From positions 59,150,001 through 59,214,000 of the forward strand of contig NC_045696.1 of NCBI RefSeq assembly GCF_009834535.1: a DNA stretch of 64,000 nt, in the 5' to 3' direction. The stretch is from Camelus ferus. Its lineage: Eukaryota. Both the position numbers and the translations under genes were made by a program. Shown piece by piece: positions 1-14,128 of the stretch (position 1 is its first letter; each line of letters begins with the position of its first letter). Under the pieces are notes generated by a model. It saw only the letters and a program-made list of their open reading frames with translations, searched no databases and was not told where the DNA came from.

Positions 1-2289
1 GCCATTTATACTCATGTTGGAGAGAGTATTTATTAATGGGGAAATATTCGTTGTATAAGGTTAGCCGTAAGTAACATAGTAACTATACTATTTTTGTAAA
101 AACAGTTACATATCCAAATAAAATATTAAAAGGAAATCTCTATACTAAACACTTAGCAGTGATTATATCTTTAGGTATGGAATGAGTAACTTTTTTCCTA
201 CAAAAGAAAAAAAATATTTTTTCCAATCTGGCTTACACTATCACCTTAAATATGCTATGTTTTGAGTTCTGATTGCCCTTCAAATGGCAATGGCTCCAGC
301 CACTTTTACTCACACCTCTTTCAAGAAGCTAATGAGCTACTATTAAAAGATAAAAAATATGACATAGAAACATATCTTTAAGGAAATGCTGTAATGAATA
401 ATGACCCACTAGTTAATTCAATCAGACGGCATACTGGAATTTTTATTTTTAGAAAAGAAATACTTATGCTGAAGTTCCTTTCCAGACTTAAATAAAAATG
501 TTATCTTTGCTGTGTACAAAATCTGCAATATAGAAAGGAAGGAAGGGACAATGTAGTAAGATCTGAATCTCTGGAATTTAGTATCAATCACTAAGTTTCT
601 CATGTGCAAACAAAATGTGACACCACTGTCTTTGAAATTAATAGAAAACTCTGTAAGTAAAGAGATAAAAATATGTCAAAATTTTAAAGGCAGTAATACA
701 AGTACCTGAATAGCTACAAAGTGAATATATTCATGTTTCTGTTATATAAGACTTAGCTATACACACTGATTTTTAATGCTTAGAAAACTGGCATATTTTC
801 ATAATAAGAAATGTAATGTTCTTTTTTGGCTACTTAAAAAATACAGTAATTTATACAACTATCAGCACTTGTAAGAGTGCTCTTAGACACTATTAGAATA
901 TTTACATTTACTTACTGAAAAATATATTAATTTCCCACACATTTTAATGGTTTTATAACATGTTACTAGGGTAAAATCTAAAAAAAAAGGATAAAGATGT
1001 ATTTTGAAATTATTGAAGGTTGGAGAAGAAAGAGATGGTTTAGGAAATTTGTTTAGAACTTGTATGTGTAACTTCTAGCCCCATTATCCTTCTAGTCTGA
1101 GAAAGGCATTTAAAAATTTTGCAAAATCTCTAAGAGCCTATTTAACACATACAAAAAACATACACCTATCTGACTGAGGTGTACAGCTACAGGAGGAGAG
1201 ATGGGGAGAGGAGCATGAAGACTCATCTGTACTGTCAGATGTCACTGCTTTACTCTCTAATGTCAAAAATAAAATTTAAATAGTCACAGTAGCCCAGCTA
1301 TAGTACTGGAGATGTTCCTAATTAACTGAATTGCATAGGGTGCCACCAAACATATTACAAATCATGAATGTGGGTGAATTTTGATACAACTGAGCTCAAA
1401 GAGCATTTGTGTGTGTTTATTTTGCTTTTTAATTTAAAGGACAAAACAAAAATTTTCATCAATGTGTATACTTAGCATTTTGAAGCTATTACTGAGTCTT
1501 CAGAAAATGCAGTGGTGGTACCCACCCCTACAAAGCACTGTGCTAAGCCTGTCCACTATGTTTCTACAACCATTTAGAGTCCAGTTAGTCGGACTAATAG
1601 GTGAGCTAGTAGTCACAAGGCAAGATTTATGCCCAGCATAAATAGAAAAGATCCTTGACAACAATGGAAAAAAAAAAAACTGACAGGAAAGTTCTTGAGA
1701 GTCTTCAGAAAAGGAGAACAAAATATCTGATCCCACATAGTCTTTTCTAAAAGCAGATAATATATAAGAATTAATGAACTTTCTCAGTTCCTATGCTTCT
1801 ATGTTAGAGTAATGTTAAGGCTCTAATTAGCATGCAAATCATTACTCATTCCTAGAGAACACTGGAAAATACAGACTGTGTCATTTGGAAGAATGAGCAG
1901 GTACTAAGGTATCTTCTTACAAAGACAGAAGAATCTCTCAATAACGGGTCATCTTGTCTCAGAGAGAAGCTATCCTCTTCAAAACAGGAAGCAAGGCTGA
2001 AGAGGGAACCTGAAGTCCTGGTGCAGGTCCCAGCTCAGGCCCCAAGTAAGTTAATCATGAAAGTCAGGTAAGTCCCTTCATTTCTTTGGGATTCCACTTA
2101 TACTAATTTCTAGAATAATTGTACTATTACTTAACTCTATTACTGTTTAACTTGCATGGCCCCAGTTTCCCCATGGAAATGCAGATATTTAAATTTTTCC
2201 TCCATAAATGAGGACAAATAAAATAATAGAGAAGACTTTGAAAAAAAAATTCAAGAACTCTACAAATAAAAGATAACATCAGCTTCTAA

Positions 2290-2542
2290 GATTTACAGAT
2301 ACTAACCAATATATATGTAATAGATAAACAACAAGTTCATACTGTATGGTACAGGGAACTATGTTCAATATCTCGTAGTAACTTATGGTGAAAAAGAATA
2401 TGAAAACGAATATATGTATGTTCATGTATGACTGAAGCATTATGCTGTATACCAGAAATTGACACAACATTGTAAACTGACTATACTTTAAATAAAATAT
2501 ATATATATATATTTGTATACACATATATATACAGAAAAAAAA
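2290..2542 (+). mobile_element. 5'-truncated young L1 3' end
   Basis: Same 3'-UTR as 15128-15330; A-tail; TSD ATCAGCTTCTAA at 2278-2289 and 2543-2554. Confidence 0.88.
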
Positions 2543-4318
2543 ATCAGCTTCTAATGTCACACCTGGAAAGGAGCTGGATTTAGCAGTATGAAGAAAAAGA
2601 CTGTAGGAAAAAACTCCCAGGAAACTAGATCTTCTGCTTTATTTCCTGCTTGGGGCCAACAACCATGCCCCTTAGAATGAGGAGATGTTCCCAGTGACAC
2701 CTAAGAATTGCTCATGGAACCTGACCATGTTGACTGCTCTGTTTCTCTTTTTCAAATTGCATACCATATATACTTCTAAAAAACAGCTTATTGAGATATA
2801 ATTTATAAACTATAAAATACACCCTTTTAAAGTGTACATCCTAGTGGGCATTTCGTATGTTCATAGAGTTTCACAACTATAACTTCTTCCCAGTTTCAGA
2901 ACGTTTTCATTACCCTGAAAAGAAACTCTGTACCATTAGCAGTCACCCTGCATTCTTGCCCTCTTCCCCCAGCCCTTGGCAACTACTAATCTACTTTTTG
3001 TTTCCAGGGTTTGCCACTCCGGACATTTCTTATAAATAAAATCATACAATATGACTGGTTTCTTTTACCATACTTACTTAAAAATAACAGAGTTTTTACT
3101 CCAAAATTACTCCTTAGAAAAACATTTCTTTGGAGACCTTACAAGGGCTTTCATAAGAAGGGACACTCTCTTAATCACTTCACTTTGAACAAGAGTGGTA
3201 TAAGCCAACATTTTAGAAACTCTGACTAGAGCCTAGCTAATTATAACCCTACATGGATATAAAAGTATATTTTGCTTTTCTCACTGTTTGATAAAAGTTT
3301 GAGTGAAATTATTCTGTGAAAGAGGAATGTGGGAAAAAAGTAATATTTCTATATTAACATAGCTTATATAAAGTCATTTCAAATGTTTATAAAACTAAGT
3401 TATTATATATACATATATAATATATGTATATACATTTATTATATATGTATATATAGAACTATTTCATCTATTTCCCTAAAAGTTTATAATTCAAAGTGGG
3501 GAAAAAAGCTTATAATTCAAAATGGATCTTCTCATGTGAAATACAAAGAAGACTGTTTTATATTTAGGACTGTTTTATATTTGGAACTATACATTTTCAG
3601 GATCACTCAAAGGCACGGTCAGATTTGATGATATTAAGGCCTAAAATAACCAACTTCTCAAGGATTTACAAAATTAGTTGAAAATCCAATTCCTGACAAC
3701 TCTCAAGAGAAAACTGAACTTGATAAGTGCGTATCACACAAAAATTGAGCAAAGTGGTTTATTTATTTGAGATAAGACATGTTAAGGAACCAAGGTATCT
3801 TAGGGGCTGCTGCCAACTCCCTCATTTTACTGATGAAATGAATGAGACTCAGAGAGGCTAAATGACTTACCCAAGATCATATGAATGAGGGCTTACTGTG
3901 CTAAGTGCTTTTCATGAATTATTTCTTAGTCCTCCCATCAACTCTAATCATGTCTCCACTTTACAGCTAAGGTTTAGAAAGGTTAACTATCTCTTGCTCA
4001 AAGTAATACAGCTAATACATGGTAGAGCTGGGATTCCACTCAGGTCTCTCTGGCTTCAGAGACACAGAACTCTTAACCATTTTGCTAAATAAGTCTTCAG
4101 CTCATCAGAGCCCTTTTCCTGGAGTCATGTGGTTTAAAAAAGCATTTAGCCATGTTTGGAATTTAAACTAACTTAATTGGAACAGAAGAAAACATCATTA
4201 GAAATGAGCAAACACATCGAGAAAAAGATAGGGGTAAGAGGGCAAGTCTGAAATTATTTTGAAGTTTATAAATACATCTAACAGAAGGCCTAAGTTATTC
4301 AAATGAGGTCAATATTAC

Positions 4319-4451
4319 CTGGTTAATTCTCTCAGTCGAGTCACCTCGGCATCACGCTGACGTAAGGTTATTCCCAATATCTGATTTTCCTTTTCAGCAG
4401 CTTCTAATTTAAACCGGGAGCTTTCCACATTGACTAAGGCTTCCTCCAATT
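4319..4451 (-). CDS. CCDC14: CCDC14 exon 12 ([45 protein letters not shown])
   Basis: ttttag|AA ... AG|gtaata, 133 nt. Confidence 0.95.
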
Positions 4452-4525
4452 CTAAAACAACAAAAAAGTCTTAGTTTCCTTATTACTTTAAAAAAAGTGA
4501 CCATAACCATAGTTGAAACACATAC

Positions 4526-4744
4526 CAATTTTCATTCTTGTTGTCTCAATGTCAAATTGCTGTTTATTTTCAAGTAAAGTTTGATCTTTCTCTTTAAATA
4601 TGCCAGCAAATTTTCTGTTTTCATCTTTTTGATTTTCTATTACTTTTAAAAGCTCTTCATTTTTACTCTGTAGTAATTCCTGGCTCTTTAGTGACTCCTG
4701 TAATTGATTTTGCAGGGACTTGTTCAATGACTGAAGAGAAAACA
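4526..4744 (-). CDS. CCDC14: CCDC14 exon 11 ([26 protein letters not shown]...ETTRMKI), coiled coil
   Basis: acag|TG ... G|gtatgt, 219 nt. Confidence 0.95.
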
Positions 4745-6577
4745 CTGTAGGACAAAATAGATCAAATAATTGTTACTCCAATTTAAAAAGTATAAACTTG
4801 GAAAAGATCTGTTTTTAAAAAAGAAGAGGCTTGGAATTTATTGATTTTGCTTAACAATTATATGCTTGAGCAGGTCTATGTAAATGTATTTTAAAAGTTG
4901 ATTGGCAGAAGTCATATCTTTCTTCTCCAATTGATATTTGGGGCACTAAATTTTTTACCTTTTTATATGAAATAATAATACACGCACAAAGTAAAAAAAT
5001 TCAAAAACACCATGAAACACCAGTGATACCAAATGATTCTCAGTGAAAAGTCTCTCTCCCATCTCACCTCCACTCTCCCCCCAGAAGCAATCAGTATTAA
5101 CTTTGATGTCTTTCTGGAAAATACTTTTGTATATGACATATATTTAAACATAAATGAATCATAATATACCCACAGTTTCTAATCTTGCCTTTTTTTGATT
5201 GTTATGTTTCAGCAGATAGGTATATCACATCCTTTATGATGGCTATAAAAATGTATGGCACCACTCACTTAGTAATTGCAGCCTTGAGTGAAGGCTTACT
5301 ACATGGGAGTATTAGAATCCCGGCATACAGTGGTGAACAGCAGAGATGTGGTTCCTGTTCTCATGGAGCTAACAGCAAACAGTAAGTATGAATAGTAATA
5401 AGTGCTCTCAAGGAAACAAGAAGTAAATGGCAGAGAGTAAAAAGAGAGAAGCTACTTAGAATGGCAACCACTGATCTCCTCACTTCCCATCTTGGCCTCC
5501 TCTCTCCCACTCCTCCCCATCGTTTATTCATAATGGAACCAGAGTGATCCTTTCCAAAATTACTCTGGTGAAGTTGAACATTTTTATGAAGTGTGTTCTG
5601 TTGGGTGCTTCTGTTTTTTTTATTCCTTTGTAAGAGATATTTTTATATATTAGGAAAATAAAGCCTTTGTCACATCATGTAGTACCAAAAAATTCCCCCA
5701 TTTTGTTCATGCTTTTTGAAGTATTTATAATTTTGCTCTGCAGAAAATGAAAAAATTTCTGGGACATATTTTATTAATCTTTCCTTTGTGGCATCTGAGT
5801 TTTCGTCAGGCTTAGGAAAAGTTCCCAAGAAAAGTTCTCATCTTTTTCTCTGGTACTATTAGTTCTCTTTCTTTTCTTTTACTTTAAACTGTATGATCCA
5901 TAAGGACAATTTGGCAATATCTGTCAAAACTGCAACAGTATATACCCTTTTACTCAGCAATTCTACAGCTGTAATCTACAAAAACGCTCACACGTGCATA
6001 AAGACATATGTATAAGGACTTTTGTTGCAGGATTATTTGTTTTTGGAAAAGGGGGAAGTATGTAGACATCTGTCAGGAGAGGGTTTTAAACACATTATGA
6101 TTGAACTACATAAACAGAATAACCACGTAGTTCTTAAATAGAAACATATTTCTGTATTTTGATAGAGAAAAATATCTACTACATATTAAGTGAATAAATG
6201 CAAGCTGTATACAGTGTCATCTCATTTCTACAAAAGAAAAAGTATATACATAGTTCTATTAGCGCCTATCTATTAGTAGATATTCAGTAAGTATTTGTGA
6301 AATAAATCAATTATATATGAACAGGAAATAGGTGAAAGAAAATACAGCCTTTTAAAAAAATAAGGGTGTATTATTGGGAAGTGATAGCATAAGTCTTTTA
6401 TTTTTGTGTTTCTGCACTATTTTAAATTTTAATATGGAGTATTATTCCTACTTTTTAAATATTTATTTTTTTTTAAAAGTCCACTTTAGACAAAGTAATT
6501 AGGAAACCTCAATACTTTATCAAGATTTCTAGAGCCACAAAGAATTTACCATCAATGCTTCAAGTCCTTTTACCTAC

Positions 6578-6660
6578 ATTCAAGGTTGCATTCCAAAGAA
6601 CCAGATGCCTTTTGGGTTTTTTCTCGTTCTCTAAGTTGCTGGTTCAAAATTCTCAATTGC
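6578..6660 (-). CDS. CCDC14: CCDC14 exon 10 (QLRILNQQLREREKTQKASGSLECNLE)
   Basis: ttag|G ... T|gtaggt, 83 nt. Confidence 0.94.
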
Positions 6661-7429
6661 CTAAATAAAATAATGAAGAAACATGAGTACAAGAATCCCC
6701 AGCTCATTTAACTGTATACATCTGGCAGCAAATTAAAACACACCACACACAAACAGTGGCATCCACTAGGGCAGCACAAGTCCATCTTATCCTCCAGATA
6801 AAAGACAAAAAACAAACAACAAAACCACACTATTATTATAAGGCCTGAGATAATTTTTAAAAGATTGCCTGGGATAGCATAAAACCTCCCCTCACTAGAA
6901 AAAGGTTAACTTTTTTTCTTCTTCCCTATTTTGTTTTTGTATCTTTTCAGTGATTTCCTTGGTTTTTTTTTTTTTGTTTTTTTTTTTCTATTTCTTTTAT
7001 TCCAATCTCCTCTTGCTATTTCCTTCTGCTTTCCTTCTCAGGAGGTATTTTTATTACTGTAGGAATCATCTACTTTTTAAAAGATCTGCCATAACCATGA
7101 ACCAGAATACCTACAGGGACTGACTGCTATAAGACATCTATCTGCTTGGTTTGTCACACAGTGAAAACATTGGGAAACACAAATCTATGCTTCTACTAAT
7201 TTCCTTGCTAGATGTAAAAGTTAATGGCTTTATTTAGGTGAAGAGAATGCTAATAAGCAACAACTTTGCCCCACAATGAACTTCAAAATACGTAGCTGCT
7301 TCACAAACAGGAACATACAAAAGGAACTACAAGTGTTTTCTTAACTTCTAGGAAGTTAACACTAAAAAAAAGTTCTCTAGTATCTTTCCAGAATTACTTA
7401 CCTGGAAATACTCTGCACTAAAGTATTTT

Positions 7430-8320
7430 TGTTACAGAATCTAAAACGATAGATCCTACCTCACATCACTTGTATGTATTAATTCAGAATGGATCAAAGA
7501 ACTAAACATAAAATACAAAAACAAACAAAATCTAACTATACAAGTTTTAGGTGGAAATCTATGTAACCTTGAAGAGGGAAAGGCATTCCTAAGCAAGACT
7601 CAAAATCCAGCAACCACCAAGGAAAATAAAAGATTTAACTATATCAAAAATTGAAATTTGCTCTAGAATTAATACAGCCTAAAAGAAAATACCTGCTGCA
7701 CATGTAACAGACAAAAGGTCTGTAACATTTAAGAGCTTCTACAAATCAGTAAGAAAGGCAGTAAAATATGACCAAGAATGGGAAATTCACATAAGAAATA
7801 AAATAGAAATCATCTATAAGCATACGAAAAATGCTGTCTCACTAATATGAAGAAATAAAAATTTAAAACAGGAGGCATTTTAAGGCAATAGAATTGACAA
7901 AATAAAAGGACATAGCACTTTTTGTTGGTGACAGTATATGGAAATGAATTATCTCAACTGATAGGAGTCAACTGGTATAACCATTTTGGATGGTATTCTG
8001 GCATTATCCAACAAAATGTAAAATGCTCATAATCTGTGACAAAATAATTCTAGCTCTAAGCCACAGAAATAGTTGTATATGTGCAAAAACATCCATAATC
8101 TTGTCGATATAAACAAGGATGTTCACAATAGCAGTATTTAATAGTGAGAAGTTGGAAATAATTTAAAATGCTGTATAAATTATGATATATCCATACTGTG
8201 AAATACTAATACACAGGTATTAAAAAAAAGAGACTGACATGGAAAGCTCTCCAAGAGATCATATAAAGTAAAAAAAAAAGCAAGCTACAGAACAACAGTG
8301 TAATACAACCTCATCTTTGT
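7430..8320 (+). mobile_element. Old, diverged L1M fragment (ORF2 3' end/3' UTR)
   Basis: Degenerate L1 motifs (e.g. ggatcaaagaactaaac, gttggtgacagtatatgg); boundaries approximate. Confidence 0.65.
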
Positions 8321-8855
8321 TTTAATAAAATTCAGCTTTTCTGAAAAGGCTTCTCCTTTATAACAAAGAGGGCAGATCTAGAAAAGGCGGCATAGACTGG
8401 TACTTCATAACTTCAACTGGAATGCTTCTTTTGGTATTTTCCAGAAAAACAGCAGGTCCTCTTACACACCAACTGTGTAACAGAAGATTTGCTTGACAAT
8501 TCTGTATGTCCTCTTCTCTTCTCTTTTGCTAGTTCATGCGCCTGAGTTGAGAGCATAATAAAATTGCTTCTGTATTAAGAAAACATTCCCTCCAACCTAA
8601 CTGTAGAACTAGCTACTCTCTTCCCTCACATCCTCAGCTTTCAGGGCCAGGTTTTTAAAAAATGATTGTTTTATTAAAGTAATACTTGATAAAACATAAA
8701 AGATGTCTTTTAAAAACGGATAATGTTTTATGCATTATTTTAAAATATTGTGTTTTATACTTACGTTTACTTGATTTTAACAAAGGAAAGGAAGAACTGC
8801 TGACATTTAGACAAGCATTTCTTTTTTTCCCAATCATTCTTTAAAATATAGCTTT

Positions 8856-8896
8856 ATTCCTAATTACCTCCCCCCCAAAGTAAATAAATAAGCAAA
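8856..8896 (+). mobile_element. Tail-only fragment of the Vic-1-like SINE
   Basis: CCTAATTACCTCCCCCCC plus (TAAA)n, matching the tail of the SINE at 57008-57030; TSD TAAAATA[T/C]AGCTTT at 8842-8855 and 8897-8910. Confidence 0.7.
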
Positions 8897-8904
8897 TAAA
8901 ATAC

Positions 8905-10820
8905 AGCTTTGAGATAAAACTGATATACAATAAACTGTACATATTTAAAGTACATAATTTGGTAAGTTTAACATAGGATTTGTGAAACCATCAACACAAT
9001 TAAGATATTCATCACCCGCTAAAGTTTCCTCAGGTCCATTTAATAACATTCCCTTGCCAGACAACTACTGATTTATAAATTAGTTTGCATTTTCTAGAAT
9101 TTTATCTAATTATATTGTAAATGAAAGCATACAATATATACTTTTAGCCTGGTTTCTTCACTTAGCATAATCATTTTGAGATCCACCCATGCTGTTGCAC
9201 ATACCAATAGGTCCTTCCTTCCTACTGTTGAGTGGTGTTCTACTGTATGAATGTACCATCATTTGTTTATCCATTCACCTGTTCACAGACATTTGGGTTG
9301 TTTACTATGAATACACATGAACAAGTTTTTGTGTGCACATACACTTTCACTTCTCTTGGGTAAATACCTAGGAGCGGAATGACTGGGTCATATGGTGTAT
9401 TTGTATTTCTAAGAAACTGCCAAACTGTTTTCCAAAGTGGCTGTACCATTTTACATTCCCATTCGGCAAATTATGAAAGCTTCAGTTCCTCAGCATCTTC
9501 ACTAACACATGGTGTGGTCTTTTGAATTTTACTCATTCTAGTGGGTATGTAGTAGTATCTCATCATGGTTTTAATTTGCATTTTCCTAATGATTAATGAT
9601 AATGAGCATATTTTCATGTGTTTCTTTGATACCTATGTATCTTTGACAAAGTATTCAAATATTTTGCCCATTTTTAAACTGTGTATTTGTCTTATTGAGC
9701 TGTAACCATCCTTTAAGCATTCTAGACATATGGATTGCAAATATTTTGTTTATTGTCTGCTTCTTCATTTTTAGTGTCTTTTGAAGAGCCAAAGTTTTAA
9801 ATGTTGATGAATTCCAATTCATTTTTTTCTTTTCTAGTTCTTTTGTTGTATTTAAGAAATTTTTCCCAACCCGAAGTAACTAAGTCTTCCTCCCGTGTTC
9901 TGTAAATTTAGCTTGTATATTAAGATCTGTGATTCATTTCAAATTAATTTTACATACAGTGTAAAAGTAAAGATTGAGGTTCCTTTTTTTTTTTTTTTTT
10001 TTTTGGTGTACAGCTCTCCAATTGTTCCAGCATTACTTACTGAAAAGATTATTCTTTCCCCATTGCATTTCCTTGGCATCTTCGTCAAAAATAAGTTATC
10101 CATGTGCAAGTTTGTTTCTATTGTTTCAGTGATCTATTTGTCTATATTTATGCTAATGCCACACTGTCTTGATTACTATAATTTATAGTTGTAAACTGTA
10201 ACTTGTCTTGAAATAGGACAGTAAAATTTCATTCTCCTTTCCCAAAGTTGTTTTGGTTATTTTAGACTTTATCTTCCATATAAATTTTAGAATCATCTTT
10301 CTACAAAAAACTTGCTGGGGTTTTCACTGGAATTACACATAATCTACAGATCAATCTGGGGAGAACTGCATCTTAACAACAGTAAATCTTATAGTCAGAG
10401 GATCTGGTTTATCTCTCACTTACATAGGTCTTCTTTAATTTCTCTCAGCAATGTTTTGTAGTTTTCAGTGTACAAGTCTTAGAAATCTTCTATCAAATTT
10501 ATCCCTGAACTGTTCATATTTTTGATGCTACTATAAATAGTACTGATTTTAAATTTCATTTCAAATTGTTCATTGCTAGTACACGGAAATATAATTAATT
10601 GCCTTTTGTATACTGATCTCATATCCTGCAACCTTACTAAGATCACTTATTAATCCCAGTAGCTTTTTTTGTAGATTCCATAGGATTTTCTACAAAGATT
10701 ATGATGTCATCTGTGAATAAGACAGCTTTACTACTTTCATTTTCAATGTGGGCTGGCTTTTATTTCTTTTCCTTGCCTTATTGCACTGGGTAGAAACTCT
10801 AGCACAATACTGAACAGAAA
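8905..10820 (-). mobile_element. L1M (L1MB/MC-like) 3' portion
   Basis: ORF2 C-terminal remnant (VQPLWKTVWQFL...[12 protein letters not shown]) and typical 3' UTR on the minus strand. Confidence 0.85.
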
Positions 10821-11902
10821 TAATACTGAATATGATTCAGACATTTTTCTAGTATATACAGACAGAAAAAAATTAGCTAAACAGTATTTTTAAATTGTGA
10901 GATGATACTACAAATACTATGTTAAAATATTTTGTATTGAATTTAGGATTACATGATTTCAACTGAAAGAAAAGTAACAAGTGAAACCAGAACTAATGAA
11001 CTTTAGGCAAATATTTCTTTACTTCAGAAAAAATTATTCCTAAACAGCCTAAAATAAAGGAAATATGGATATGAAAAATGAAAAACATTGATTTTGGAAT
11101 TTTTATTGTCACTATTACTAACACATTCTAGCCTGAGCCCATAATCTCACAGTTGTCTTAGTTCATATATAGATTCAATGTTCATCTCTAATCTACTCCT
11201 TTATTTGAACTCATCTCTTGGTTGAATGGACTTTTTCATTCCAGAATCTTTTTGTTTTTAAGAGTCCAAGGGGACTGTATTTCCTAAGTTCTTGCACACT
11301 TTAGAGTATGACTATTGCCTTTACACTAAAAGGATTGCTGGACCACATGTGAGATTCTTGGGGCATACTTTGTTTCCCTCAGAACTTGGTAAATGATGTT
11401 CTATAATCTTCTGGCAATGAATATTACTGTGAAAAGGTTGGGACCAGCTTGATATTTTTCTCTTTATGAATGGCTTTTCTTTTGAGTATCTATTAAGTTA
11501 AATTTTTTTGTCCTTAAGGTATAGTAACTTTACCTTACATCTTGGTGTTGATTGTTTTGCATAGTTTTCCTGAGCAGTTGTATACCCTATTATCTGCTGA
11601 CACAGATCTGTAGATTAGTTGTTTCCTCTTATTTATATATCTTTTAATATTATCTTTAACCTATTTGTTCTCCTCTTTTTTCCAGAAACACTAATTACGC
11701 CAATTTTGCATCTCTTTTCTTTCTCTTCCATATGTATCACACATTCTCAATAATGTTTAGATCAATCTTTTTCTATTCTGTTTTGTATGAATTCTTCAAA
11801 CTTATCTACCACATTCAGTCATTCAACAAATATTTATTAGAGTGAGTGCTAGGCACAATTCTCAGCATTGGAGCTAACAAAGAAGATGAAAATGCAGCCT
11901 TC

Positions 11903-12264
11903 TCAGGTTCACAGAGACAGAAAAGAGAACAGAGGTTATCAGGGACTTGAGGGAAAAGAGAAGGGGACTTATTCTTTAATGGGTACAGGCTTTATGTCGG
12001 GGATGAAAAGGTTTTCGGTACAGGTAGTGGTTATTGCTACGCAGTATTGTGAATGTGTTTAATGCCAAAGCAATGTACATTTATAAATGGTTAAAAAAAA
12101 TACTGTCATATATTATACCACAACAAAAATAAATTAATAAAAATATTTAAAGGGTTTGTGAAGAGAAATAAACTAAGGCTTATAGGAGACATTGAACTAT
12201 GAATAGTGGCAAATGAAACAGAGAGATTTGTTGGGGGGCAGCAAACCACAAAAAACAAAACAAC
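11903..12264 (+). mobile_element. L1MB-like 3' end plus extra 3' segment, inserted in an L2 fragment
   Basis: TSD AAAAT[G/T]CAGCCTTC at 11889-11902 and 12265-12278. Confidence 0.7.
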
Positions 12265-12486
12265 AAAATTCAGCCTTCATATTGCTTAAGTTCTAATGGA
12301 ATATAATATTCCTGACTTGATGTTTGTTTGATGCTCATTTTTTTTGTTGTTTCCAACAGGGCTTTCATTTTTGTAATAGTTTTTGCTTTTCTATCTTATT
12401 TTCCTGTGCTCACCTAATCTATTTTTCTTCTCCTTTTGTCTTTTTTCCTTTAAGTACTCTATCTTTTTCAATCTCTCTTCCTGCTT

Positions 12487-12696
12487 TTTTTGGTATATAT
12501 ATATTTTTATTGAAGTATAGTCAGTTTACAATGTTGTGTCAATTTTTGGTGTAAAGGATAATGCTTTAGTCATACATGAACATACATATATTTGTTTTCA
12601 TATTCTTTTTCACCATAAGTTACTACAAGATATTGAATACAGTTCCCTGTGCTATACAGTATGAACTTGTTGTTTATTTTTATACATATTAGTTAT
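12487..12696 (-). mobile_element. 5'-truncated young L1 3' end
   Basis: Reverse complement of the 2290-2542 family; perfect 15-bp TSD TCTCTCTTCCTGCTT at 12472-12486 and 12697-12711. Confidence 0.9.
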
Positions 12697-13539
12697 TCTC
12701 TCTTCCTGCTTCTAAGACATACTCTATCACCTTTAATTTCCTTGAAACTACAGAATATTGTTTCAAGCTTTCATAGGTTTTCTTTGGGTGATTTGTCTTG
12801 TGATGTTTATTCGTGACCTATCCTTGTCCCTTTGGTCAATTTCTTTATTTTGAATGTTATACAAAGATCCATAAATTCTTCCTTCCTGTAGCTTTTGTGA
12901 CATCCCTCTCTCCCAGTTTTCCTGCTACCTCCCCATTTGCTCCTCAGGTTTCTTTCCCTGGCTCCTCTTCCTGTGTTCTCTCCTTAAAAAGCTGTTACTG
13001 CCCAGTAATTCACCCTTGGCTGTGTTCACAGTCCACACCCTCTTGGTAAGTCTACCATTTATATGCTGATAACAAATCACTTGCTTTCAATCATTACCAT
13101 CTCCAGTGCCTACAGCAGTGCCAGATAAATAGCAAACGCTCAGTAAAACTGTGTTCAGTGAACAACTCCCAAGCTTACATTTCTATCCTGGATCTTGTTC
13201 GTGGCTTGACTCACACCACACGTATCTCTAGGTGGTCTAAATGACACATTCAGCCTGTCTAAATCCTAACTCACTGGCTCTCCCTCTACATCCTCTAACA
13301 CAAAAATAAAATGAAATTAAAAAAATAATATATTCTTCCTCTAGTAACTTCCATCTGGAAGAATCATGTTACCATATGTCAAATTATCAGGCCAAAAGAC
13401 TGAATGCCACACCCTAGCTCCTTCTACTCACTTCCATTTCATTTTTTTGTTCTGTATGGGTACCAAATGGTCTTGTATTTGAGTCTAAAATCAAGAAATG
13501 GTCATGAATTCCAACTTGCCCTTTAAATATTAAGGTACT

Positions 13540-13725
13540 CTCTAGCTTAACTGGAACCCCCAACCCTCATCTAGAAAATTTTGGAATGTGCCAGGGCTTT
13601 TGGTGGTCACACTTGAATGGGGCACTACTGACATTATGTGAGTAGGAACCAGGAAAGCTAAATGTTAAGTACTGCGTCAGGAGTTCCACATAAAAACAGT
13701 GCAGCCCCAAATGCCAAAGAAATAA
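13540..13725. mobile_element. MER20-like hAT MITE
   Basis: Diverged match to recalled MER20 consensus (gggcactactgacatt...ccaggaaagctaaa...gccccaaatgcc). Confidence 0.5.
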
Positions 13726-14128
13726 TGCAGCTAGCTATTTTTTTTTAAGCCACAAGATGGCAATAAACACCGAAAAAGTCCTTGAAAGATCAGTTTTCTG
13801 GCTAAAAAGGAACATGAAGTTTCAAAATGTCCAAACAAGAAAAAAAATTTTCTTTGATTGAAAATTCTGCAAAACACTTTTGAATGAGCCTACACATTCC
13901 AACTTTCATTTGTAATGGAGATTACAGACAACTCTTTTTAAATAAAGATTACCAGAGAGACACGAAACTTCTTATACTTCTGGAAATCTCATTCTGCTAA
14001 AAAGAGCATATCTGACAAATTCTTCATTTTTCAATAATTTCACTTTTAGAAGGTCAGGTACATAGTGGCAGTAACATGCCATATAATCTTTGTGCTCTAA
14101 GGACACAGAGCCAAAAAGCTTTGGTGCC

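Noticed and set aside
1..4318. Search for the last CCDC14 exon (TLQTSMAKLL...)
   Set aside because: No matching frame was found; this region is intron 12 and the exon lies outside the window.
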